DNA from: Stenotrophomonas phage BUCTxx100
Reading direction: 5' to 3' (one strand)
Sequence record: OR529409.1
DNA length: 40,000 nucleotides
The first letter of the stretch is position 1. Every line of letters starts with the position of its first letter. Both the position numbers and the translations under genes were made by a program. The notes beneath the pieces are model-generated. The model was not told the origin of the DNA. It was given only the letters and a program-made list of their open reading frames with translations, and searched no databases. This document shows positions 26,682-34,853 of the stretch, piece after piece.

Positions 26682-27814
26682 GCATGATTAATTCCCCCAA
26701 GAAAATTAGGATGTTGTGGTCAAGTGATCATCACACACTTCATGAAGGCACCCCCACAGTTCACATCTTAAGTAACCTGGGGGAATTCTTTTATAAGTAC
26801 AACTCCCTGGCAGAAACCGACATCGTTGTTTTTGGCGGTGATTTTTTTCATAAGCTAGTCGATGCTTCTAACAGCTCGATGCGTTTATGTGAATATTGGA
26901 TTAATAAATTTTTAATCCGGTGTGCTGAAAATAACGTTGTGGTGAGAGTGCTGGAAGGGACGAGTTCTCACGACTGGGAACAACCGGAAATATTCCAAAT
27001 ATTGAGCCCGGATAACCTTGATTTAAAATGGGTTAAAGAGCTGAGTATTGAACGCATTGAAAAACTGGATATGACCGTGCTTTACGTTCCGGATAACATG
27101 GGGGGTAAGAAGCCCGAGGTTATTTGGGATGAGGTCATCGATCTTCTAACTAAGCATAACCTGGAGAAGGTAGATTTTATCTTTTTCCACGGATCGTTTA
27201 AATACCAATTAGACGAACGTTTCAGTAAACACAGTCACGATGAAAAATTGTGGTCGACGATTGTTAACTATTATATCTTTGCCGGGCACATCCACAAACC
27301 TTCAGAATGTGGGCCGATTAGATGTTCGGGATCCTTCGATAGAACGGGTCATTCGGAGGAGCATCCTAAGGGCGGATATATCGTTGATTACTTCCCAGAA
27401 GATAAGAAGTGCACCGCCACCTTTTATGAGAATAAAAAGGCGCTGCCTTATATCACCCTGAGAATTACACCGGAAACAACAACAGAAGAACTAAATGATA
27501 AGCTTGGGTTCCTAATGGATAAGCGATACCCCAAAGCCAGTCATTTTTGGATTAGAGGAGGGAATCCTCTCGTCGTTAATCCGATCATTCAGTTCTTCAA
27601 ACAACAATATCCTCAGTATGACTTTAAGAAAGAAAACGTTGTTACTCATGAAGCAGTAATTGACGATGAGCTTTATACTGAAGATCTTTATTCTGGTATA
27701 ACGTTAACGAAAGATAACATCATCCCTTCTCTAATGGGCTATTTGAATAAGAAGATTTTGTTAGTGGATGAAGAGTTAGATTCCCTAACAAAAACAATGG
27801 AGGAGTTTATCTAA
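26675..27814 (+). CDS. Calcineurin-like metallophosphoesterase, SbcD/Mre11/T4 gp47-like (379 aa)
   Basis: Motifs WSSDHH, VVFGGDFFHK, LEGTSSHDW, FIFFHGSF, IFAGHIHKP. Start may be ATG 26684 or 26711. Confidence 0.75.
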   Translation: MLSMINSPKKIRMLWSSDHHTLHEGTPTVHILSNLGEFFYKYNSLAETDIVVFGGDFFHKLVDASNSSMRLCEYWINKFLIRCAENNVVVRVLEGTSSHDWEQPEIFQILSPDNLDLKWVKELSIERIEKLDMTVLYVPDNMGGKKPEVIWDEVIDLLTKHNLEKVDFIFFHGSFKYQLDERFSKHSHDEKLWSTIVNYYIFAGHIHKPSECGPIRCSGSFDRTGHSEEHPKGGYIVDYFPEDKKCTATFYENKKALPYITLRITPETTTEELNDKLGFLMDKRYPKASHFWIRGGNPLVVNPIIQFFKQQYPQYDFKKENVVTHEAVIDDELYTEDLYSGITLTKDNIIPSLMGYLNKKILLVDEELDSLTKTMEEFI

Positions 27815-28614
27815 TGAGGGCGTTAGGGGCGTTAAATATCTCGGTAGGGACGTCTTTAGCATTCGAAGGGGCGGCTAAAATACAGTTGCTCCAATCGGAC
27901 TCCTTACTTATCAATCTACGGACGATAGCACGTAATGCCAGGGAGGCTTACGATAAAGATGATTCCGACGGAAAGGATGTCGATCTTCTTACAGCAGCGG
28001 CAAGCGATGATTTGATAGGTCTCATTAAAACCGTTCAGGGATGGATGGGACAAAAAACGATCAATCTTATCGTTTATCTTCCTTCTTACAGATCGCTCCC
28101 TAAGATTTTTAAAAGGGCGAATCTCTGGGAACCGACGACGGATATCCAGAAAGAAAAAGATAGACTTGATACCGCCGTACTGAATAATTTAAAAAAACGG
28201 TTCGGGGCTAATATTAAGGAAACGGACGTCAACCTTCCTGAATTTATAGGGAATGGTTTGATTTTAACGCATCACCCCATTGATCTTGTAATGACAGGAA
28301 GTGGAACAAGGTTGCGTTTAATCGAATCCTATACTGGGACTTTGAAAGGACATTCTCAGTGGTACACAAAATTTTCCGGTGGGGAAAAACTGTTTAACAT
28401 TCCCCTAAACAAATTAACCATTCAGATATTCGGGGATGGACCGGTTAATTTTAAATCGGAAAAAAGTCATAAACTTAAAGACCTAATAAAAGATATCGCT
28501 ATTAAAGGTAAATGGACCTCGGTAACGACTCTGGACGCAGTGAGATCTAGTATCAATGTCCACGCTAAAGGATTTGACCGAGATGGGTTATTAATACTTT
28601 TAAACGGCGGGTAG
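27814..28614 (+). CDS. Hypothetical protein (266 aa)
   Basis: Start/stop overlap with the nuclease gene. Confidence 0.75.
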   Translation: MRALGALNISVGTSLAFEGAAKIQLLQSDSLLINLRTIARNAREAYDKDDSDGKDVDLLTAAASDDLIGLIKTVQGWMGQKTINLIVYLPSYRSLPKIFKRANLWEPTTDIQKEKDRLDTAVLNNLKKRFGANIKETDVNLPEFIGNGLILTHHPIDLVMTGSGTRLRLIESYTGTLKGHSQWYTKFSGGEKLFNIPLNKLTIQIFGDGPVNFKSEKSHKLKDLIKDIAIKGKWTSVTTLDAVRSSINVHAKGFDRDGLLILLNGG

Positions 28615-28654
28615 CTTTATATTAGCACAAACCCAATTTCAAAGGATTTACGTC

Positions 28655-29398
28655 ATGAGTGATTTCAACAACGGTAACAATGGTAACTCCCGTCCCAAAA
28701 CTCCACTGAACGATTATCGTTACCCGCACCCTAAAACCAAAGAACCTCTTCCGGGCGGCAAATACCCTGCGCAAGCGTACTGGGAACTGACCGCCGCTGG
28801 TAAGGTCGTTTTCAAAGTACAAGACGGTGTGTTCGGCGGCGGCGATAACGCGTACAAGAAAAAAGAAATTGAAATGATCGCGTTCGAGCGCAATGCCATC
28901 TTCCAGCTTCTGAGAGAAGCAGCGACCGATCCCAATTTCACCAAATCCCAATACACTGTTCGTGATCGCCAATTCATTCGTGAAGGTGGTCAGGCTAAGA
29001 TGTCCGACAACCCGATGACCATCGGTGTGTTTACCGTCATCCGCGATTCGAACGGTGTTGTTCAGCTCGGATTCAGCAAGTCTGATTTCAAAGCTTTGTT
29101 CGTTTTCGACAATGCCCGCGAATCCACCCTGGTCGATTTTGTCGACGGCGAATTCAAACCGGCTCACGCTCGCATGAGTCGTCTGTATGTCCTCGGTTAT
29201 CTTTCGGCCGTGGAAGGCTGGCTGAACGCTGCTGAGTTCTCTCGCTACCAACCGCCTAAACCGAAAAATGGTGGTAACGGTGGCGGCGGTGGCTGGAACA
29301 ACAATAACGGTGGCAACCGCGGTAATGGCGGCGGTAACAGCTGGGGCGGTGGTGGCAACGCACCGGCCGATGACTTCGCGGAAGACATTCCGTTCTAA
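28655..29398 (+). CDS. Candidate phage single-stranded DNA-binding protein (247 aa)
   Basis: Globular N-terminal part, long Gly/Asn-rich linker, acidic tip DDFAEDIPF as in bacterial SSBs; optimal codons suggest high expression. Confidence 0.6.
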   Translation: MSDFNNGNNGNSRPKTPLNDYRYPHPKTKEPLPGGKYPAQAYWELTAAGKVVFKVQDGVFGGGDNAYKKKEIEMIAFERNAIFQLLREAATDPNFTKSQYTVRDRQFIREGGQAKMSDNPMTIGVFTVIRDSNGVVQLGFSKSDFKALFVFDNARESTLVDFVDGEFKPAHARMSRLYVLGYLSAVEGWLNAAEFSRYQPPKPKNGGNGGGGGWNNNNGGNRGNGGGNSWGGGGNAPADDFAEDIPF

Positions 29399-29410
29399 AC
29401 ACAAAGATAC

Positions 29411-29436
29411 TCTCTCCTACTCCCTAGGGAGTAGGA
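29411..29436 (+). terminator. 26-bp palindromic terminator
   Basis: TCTCCTACTCCCTAGGGAGTAGGAGA followed by TTACTTTTCG. Confidence 0.7.
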
Positions 29437-29516
29437 GATTACTTTTCGTTATAATTTTTTAGCACTATATTATTTACTGGTAAACCCCGGCTATAAAAAT
29501 TATTGGGAGTAATAAC

Positions 29517-31103
29517 GTGGAATTTAAACTCAGTTTAAAACAGAGTGGGAAAAGTCCATTTGCTGGAGTTATTGCGCAATATGGCGAAAGCATTATCGAG
29601 TTCAAAGGCAGTGGCAGATTAAATTGTGGTACGATTTACGATGATCTTTTCTTTTCTTTTAACGAATACGTCGGGCATTTAGAAGAAAAGAATAAGGCCC
29701 GTTTATGGGAACTAATGGTTGCGGGTAAGACCATTTTGGATCCTTCTTATTTCGACATTGATAACGTCGACGAAGAACTGATGTTGAACAACCGGGATTA
29801 TAATTTCCTCGTTAAGAAACTCAAGCCCATCGTCGCTGAAATCTTCGATGTGTTGAAAATGAAGAACTACGAGTACTTCATGGAACAGTCCGGGTATATC
29901 GATCCACCTAAAGATCTTACCTCGATGTCTGGTCTTGGAGAGTATCCGGCCGAGACAACTATCACCGCCGAAGATTATCGTAATCTGGCGGCGTTGGTTT
30001 TAGGTTTACGCGGTCCACTCCCCATCATCACCGAGATGATTTATAAAGTCGAGAGCATCGCTGGTAAAGCATATAAGGAAGTCGTAGCTGGAGATCTGAT
30101 AAACGATATCGAGTGGGTCAAGCAACACGTCGGCTGGAATCGTTTAAACGAGTATATCTCTTTTACTTATAGTGCGAAGGGAAGGGGACCTAATGGGCTG
30201 AGAATAGATATCGTCAGTGACGATCGGTTCACTACTCATGTCGTCTATAAGGCGTTGTTCGGGCGTTTATGTTTAAGTCACGTGCCCAGCAAAGATCCAC
30301 GAAAGAATTTGGTTAAATCGCTTTATTCCATCGTCAACCAATCCGACAAAGTTCCTAGTAGTGTAAGGGAAAAGAAAGGAGGGGGTAAAGACGAGAGTAA
30401 TGATAGAAGGAGTTCTTACGAGATCTATCAGTTGCGAGAAGAAGTGAACGCAACCGATGAAGCGGCTGTGGCCGAGTTCTTTACTTTCGGTATGTTTGAT
30501 GAAGATGACAATCCGATTTATAAAGATCGATTCGTACATCAGTGTAACGGTTTGAACATAGCTGATCCTAACAAAGCAGAAATTCTACATGATCTTCTGC
30601 CGGATAACTGGGATTATGAACCGAGACAGCATATCGTTAAATTGTGTCAGATGGCTTTCTCTGACGACATTCCTTTTAACATTTATTATGCGTTGGATTA
30701 TCATCAATTGATGTCGGCCATTGTTTTGGCTCAGTTAAAGCTACATCAAATGGGATATCCTCACCTCGCGGTATTGTTAACGTCAGTTGAGGATCCTGAA
30801 GGTGAGCGAATCAACGCAGACGTAATCTTCTCTTTAAACCAAACAGAACGTCAACGTATCGAATCGTTATGTGATGTAGTTAAAGGAGACGGGGCCACAT
30901 CAACTAATAACGAAGCAGTATCAGCGGCACTTGAGTTCTTTAAGGAACTCGGTAACAGTGCTTGGCAGTCAACCATAGAGCTTGGTCTTATCGATGACGA
31001 TAAAGCTTTAGAAAGTGCACCACGCGGTTTTTTATACGAAGTCAATTTGGATATTCAGATTAAAGAAGAGTTCATTCGTCTTTATGAAGAAATCAACAGT
31101 TAA
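29517..31103 (+). CDS. Hypothetical protein (528 aa), GTG start
   Basis: Long ORF, upstream TTGGGAGTAATAAC. Confidence 0.8.
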   Translation: MEFKLSLKQSGKSPFAGVIAQYGESIIEFKGSGRLNCGTIYDDLFFSFNEYVGHLEEKNKARLWELMVAGKTILDPSYFDIDNVDEELMLNNRDYNFLVKKLKPIVAEIFDVLKMKNYEYFMEQSGYIDPPKDLTSMSGLGEYPAETTITAEDYRNLAALVLGLRGPLPIITEMIYKVESIAGKAYKEVVAGDLINDIEWVKQHVGWNRLNEYISFTYSAKGRGPNGLRIDIVSDDRFTTHVVYKALFGRLCLSHVPSKDPRKNLVKSLYSIVNQSDKVPSSVREKKGGGKDESNDRRSSYEIYQLREEVNATDEAAVAEFFTFGMFDEDDNPIYKDRFVHQCNGLNIADPNKAEILHDLLPDNWDYEPRQHIVKLCQMAFSDDIPFNIYYALDYHQLMSAIVLAQLKLHQMGYPHLAVLLTSVEDPEGERINADVIFSLNQTERQRIESLCDVVKGDGATSTNNEAVSAALEFFKELGNSAWQSTIELGLIDDDKALESAPRGFLYEVNLDIQIKEEFIRLYEEINS

Positions 31104-31136
31104 CATCCCCCATTAATCTTTTTAGGAATAATCATC

Positions 31137-32609
31137 ATGTCTACTGAAGGCAAAATCTATCTGGTCCGTGCGCGTTTTGGTTTGGCAAACATCTATCAAA
31201 ATCAGGTAAACAGAACACAGAGCATGAGCATCAACTCCCAAGATGTCGATCTGCTCAACGTTTCAAAAATTAATGGTCGGGTCAGTCAGAACACATTGCA
31301 CGAAATCGGCGTGCGGACAGGTGGAGTGTCCACTCAGGCCGACGGTTACGCATTTATCGAAGATGGTTGGGATGCACCCCGTCGTGGTCTGGCGATGCTT
31401 GAATTCGAAATTGAATCAGCGATGAACGTCGAAGAAAAACTTCATATCCTCGGTTATTTAGCTGGCGGTAGTGCGTCTGTTGATGAAGGTGTTCCGGAAG
31501 ACGTTATGTTTGTCCCGGTGCGTAATTGGGTGGTTAACAAAACCATGCAAATGTTACACACCGGCATGATGAAGTCCACAAGTAATTTGACAAGTGCGTC
31601 TCAGGTCCTTTTAAACAACCCGATGGCTTCAGGTGGTTCGTTCGCTATTCGTCCTCTGGATATTGTTGACGGTGCCTCAGGCATGGTCGCTGATGACGTT
31701 CAGGATCAATCGATGAACGGCGGGATGGAATCCCAGTATGTCGGAACCAGTAACTCCATTCTTCAGCATACTGGCGCTGCTTACTCTAAAGCCAAAAACC
31801 AATCTCCGGGGGAATACGCGAAACAATTGCTCAAGTCGAGTTTACGAGCCGGGTCCTCTATGGAGACTTCTCGTGATCCGTATGGATCCATGGGTGATGC
31901 ATGCATGGACCCTGGTCTGAGCGAGACGGCCCTGCATCGAGACCCGTTCTTTAAAACCATGCGTCATGCGTTAGGCATGGGTCAGATGCAAGGATTCCAA
32001 GGTTTCTCCGTGGGTCAGATCGCATACGTCTTTGAGAATCTTCCTGACGTTATGGACCTCAGTACGTGTGACGACAATCGTTTCCAGATAGAGGACCATC
32101 GACTGACGACGAATGAACTGGGGTCGTCTAACTATAACGAAATCATCGGCAATGAGTTGAGTAGCCTGGCGCAGTATATCCTCGTTGAATCAGAGTTGGG
32201 TTATCTGGACATCGTAGCAACTAACAATGTCCAGAATTCCGTCGATAGCATCAATGGAATGCCGGTAGGTTTCATTGTGGGGGAATCTGGGTTATTGGTT
32301 GATGGACTGGAAGGTTCTTTGGAGGAACGTGTCGAGAAAGCAAAAGAGCTCTTCTTGAGCCATTTCTTCTTGAAGTATGCTACTCCGTATCTGCATGACC
32401 GCACTTTGATCAGCTTCCGTATGACCATGCGTCTCTTCGGTGAAACCGTTATCGAGATCTTCACCAATGGTGATGAAAGCAACAAACGCCGTATTGCTTT
32501 CCCGACCTTCTCGACTAACCGTACTGACCTGACTCTGGCGTCTATGGAATCCGCGGTTAATACCGGGACGACTTTCTTCCGTAACCTGAAAGACTATTTT
32601 AACTTTTAA
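31137..32609 (+). CDS. Hypothetical protein (490 aa), probably abundant
   Basis: Long ORF with RBS TTTAGGAATAAT and fairly optimised codon usage. Confidence 0.8.
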   Translation: MSTEGKIYLVRARFGLANIYQNQVNRTQSMSINSQDVDLLNVSKINGRVSQNTLHEIGVRTGGVSTQADGYAFIEDGWDAPRRGLAMLEFEIESAMNVEEKLHILGYLAGGSASVDEGVPEDVMFVPVRNWVVNKTMQMLHTGMMKSTSNLTSASQVLLNNPMASGGSFAIRPLDIVDGASGMVADDVQDQSMNGGMESQYVGTSNSILQHTGAAYSKAKNQSPGEYAKQLLKSSLRAGSSMETSRDPYGSMGDACMDPGLSETALHRDPFFKTMRHALGMGQMQGFQGFSVGQIAYVFENLPDVMDLSTCDDNRFQIEDHRLTTNELGSSNYNEIIGNELSSLAQYILVESELGYLDIVATNNVQNSVDSINGMPVGFIVGESGLLVDGLEGSLEERVEKAKELFLSHFFLKYATPYLHDRTLISFRMTMRLFGETVIEIFTNGDESNKRRIAFPTFSTNRTDLTLASMESAVNTGTTFFRNLKDYFNF

Positions 32610-32624
32610 TAGGAACATTTAATA

Positions 32625-34013
32625 ATGAATAACCTGAACAAACTTTATCTGTCCATGCTGGAAGCTTGGGGTGCTAAAATGGAACCCGATTACAGCCTGG
32701 TTATGGTTCTGGATGGAGAGAAGTACCCTATTAAGGTTGATGGAATGAATGTCTATCTTCCGGTAGACGCCGTTCTGGACGGTAACACCATGGATAAAGT
32801 TTTCTTCCATCCGGCTTGCGAAAGTATTATCAGCCGTGAAACCGAGATCTTTAAAGTCATTCGTAAACTGACCGGGATGAAACTTCTTGATACCTTTAAG
32901 AAGCTTCCCCTGGTCCTGTTCAATATTGCATCAAAACGTTCCAACAAAAACCTGCGCAGTGATCTGGTCGATATCATCGATCCGTTACGCGATGTCAAAG
33001 AAGCAACGCGTAAAGAAGTGATCAATCTGTTTGAACAAATGCGCGTCGATCTCGAAGAGAACGCAACTGTCGATAATCGTTTCATTCATTTCCAAACGAC
33101 CCGTGGCGGCCGTAGTAAAGTAGGTGGGGAAAAGATTTGTTATAAAGCTAAACCCATTTTCCCTTTCTATTCGGAAATGTCTAAAAAGCTGAATCGCAGC
33201 GAAGGTCTTCCGGACAATCAATCCGTTGATGTTAACGGATGTCAGATTAGTGTGGGTGGGCTCCGAATCGCCGTGGGTATCTTTAAAGCGGTGTTCCCGG
33301 AAATCGATACACCGGACTTCTACGAGTTCGAATATCATCATCCGGATGCCGCTCGTCTCTGCGCGTTCTCTGGGGCGTATGTCAACGTGGCGGAATCCAT
33401 CAACTCTCTGCAGAACTCGTTCCGTACTGAGTTCGATAAGGTTGGAGTGTATGGGTTGGAAGTGGGCTTCTTTGAGAAGATGGATAATATCTCCGAATTC
33501 TACAAACAAGTTCCTGCCATGAACTATAACTCCCAGAATACAGTGCCGGATAGTTCATCAGGTAAATCACATTTGATCGACCAGGTGATCAACACTCAGT
33601 CGGTGATTAGCCAGAATCAGCCGCAGCAGAATCCCCAACAACATATCGGTGGTGACAGCAACAACGGTTTCCGTTCCGTTGTAGAAGCCAGCATGCAGCC
33701 TGGTGAAGTTTATCAGGGTTGGTATTACGACCAGAACACGTCGTTCTATATCCACACAACGATGTCTACTGCCGGTCAGGTAAGCTATCGGATAACTCGC
33801 GCCGGTAACTTACTCAGCCGAGAATATAACGGGGTACCTCAGCAGCAAGGGATGTATCCGGGATACGGTCAGTATTATCAGCAGCAGTATATGCAACCTA
33901 TCGCTTACGCTAACGTAGGTGCGCCTCAGCAACAATATGTGGTGGCGACTCCTCAGATGCAGCCGTCGGTTGTGAACACTGGTTATCAGCAGCCGTCCAT
34001 TGTGACTTTCTAA
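32625..34013 (+). CDS. Hypothetical protein (462 aa) with Q/Y/P-rich low-complexity C-terminus
   Basis: C-terminal tail GVPQQQGMYPGYGQYYQQQYMQPIAYANVGAPQQQYVVATPQMQP. Confidence 0.8.
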   Translation: MNNLNKLYLSMLEAWGAKMEPDYSLVMVLDGEKYPIKVDGMNVYLPVDAVLDGNTMDKVFFHPACESIISRETEIFKVIRKLTGMKLLDTFKKLPLVLFNIASKRSNKNLRSDLVDIIDPLRDVKEATRKEVINLFEQMRVDLEENATVDNRFIHFQTTRGGRSKVGGEKICYKAKPIFPFYSEMSKKLNRSEGLPDNQSVDVNGCQISVGGLRIAVGIFKAVFPEIDTPDFYEFEYHHPDAARLCAFSGAYVNVAESINSLQNSFRTEFDKVGVYGLEVGFFEKMDNISEFYKQVPAMNYNSQNTVPDSSSGKSHLIDQVINTQSVISQNQPQQNPQQHIGGDSNNGFRSVVEASMQPGEVYQGWYYDQNTSFYIHTTMSTAGQVSYRITRAGNLLSREYNGVPQQQGMYPGYGQYYQQQYMQPIAYANVGAPQQQYVVATPQMQPSVVNTGYQQPSIVTF

Positions 34014-34024
34014 CTTAACCTGTG

Positions 34025-34060
34025 TAGTGAATGGGGAAATCCCCATTCACTATTTTTTTG
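34025..34060 (+). terminator. Hairpin terminator
   Basis: TAGTGAATGGGG-AAAT-CCCCATTCACTA followed by TTTTTTTG. Confidence 0.85.
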
Positions 34061-34069
34061 GGATAAAAT

Positions 34070-34420
34070 ATGCGATCTGTCGTTTTAACTAAAGATTATT
34101 TGCTTTACTGGGAAAAACAAAACCGCATTACGGTCAGAAATATTGTAAACCTCCTCAACGTTAAACCGATTTACGGAGAGCTTTTATCTGATCTTCACGC
34201 CAGAGTGGATTCAGAAAGACTAACCGTTGAATTTCGTAACGTCGTGGCGAAGTTTGAAAGATTTAAACTAACCCCCCAATTGAATATTGAAGCGGACGTT
34301 TCTTTCATGGGAAGCCTAAAAGAAAACACGCCTCCCTCCTCCGACGTGGTTTACCACGCCAGAGGATTTTTAATGGGAGACCGTTTAAATGTTGTTGCTA
34401 TTGACGTTTCGTTGAAATAA
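34070..34420 (+). CDS. Hypothetical protein (116 aa)
   Basis: ORF after terminator. Confidence 0.6.
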   Translation: MRSVVLTKDYLLYWEKQNRITVRNIVNLLNVKPIYGELLSDLHARVDSERLTVEFRNVVAKFERFKLTPQLNIEADVSFMGSLKENTPPSSDVVYHARGFLMGDRLNVVAIDVSLK

Positions 34421-34454
34421 ATTAAAACTACACATTGTATCTTAAGCGACTATG

Positions 34455-34778
34455 CTAACTTAACCTCTGAGTGTTGGCTTTGGAAATTAAGTTATCGACG
34501 ATTTGCTGGTCGACATAAAGAAACGTGGTCATTCCACTAACATCTTGACTTGGATCCGTGATTTTATTTAAAAAACAAGTCATCCATCTCATTTCAATGG
34601 GTATGTTGTGCGCTCTCAAAACACGACTAAAATCGTACTTGTGTGCATTAAGAAAACTTCTATCGGAGATAACCTGGGTCTTAGCCATGGAAGTTAAATA
34701 ATCAATGTTGCTGCGTAATAAGACCTTGGTATCCTCGGAGAAGTAAACGTCATCAACGGTGACAAAATTACTGAACAT
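34455..34778 (-). CDS. Hypothetical protein (107 aa), isolated minus-strand gene
   Basis: Minus-strand AAAGGAGTTAGCTT ATG is a strong RBS; no plus-strand alternative covers it. Confidence 0.7.
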   Translation of the reverse strand: MFSNFVTVDDVYFSEDTKVLLRSNIDYLTSMAKTQVISDRSFLNAHKYDFSRVLRAHNIPIEMRWMTCFLNKITDPSQDVSGMTTFLYVDQQIVDNLISKANTQRLS

Positions 34779-34853
34779 AAGCTAACTCCTTTAAGACCTA
34801 TATCATCGCGATGTACCACAACTTTAGGAATAACAACGATAGAGGCACGTTTC

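Noticed and set aside
28622-29404. 260-aa minus-strand ORF
   Set aside because: Antisense of the SSB-like gene; low-complexity Thr/Val/Ala translation arises from the Gly/Asn-rich codons.
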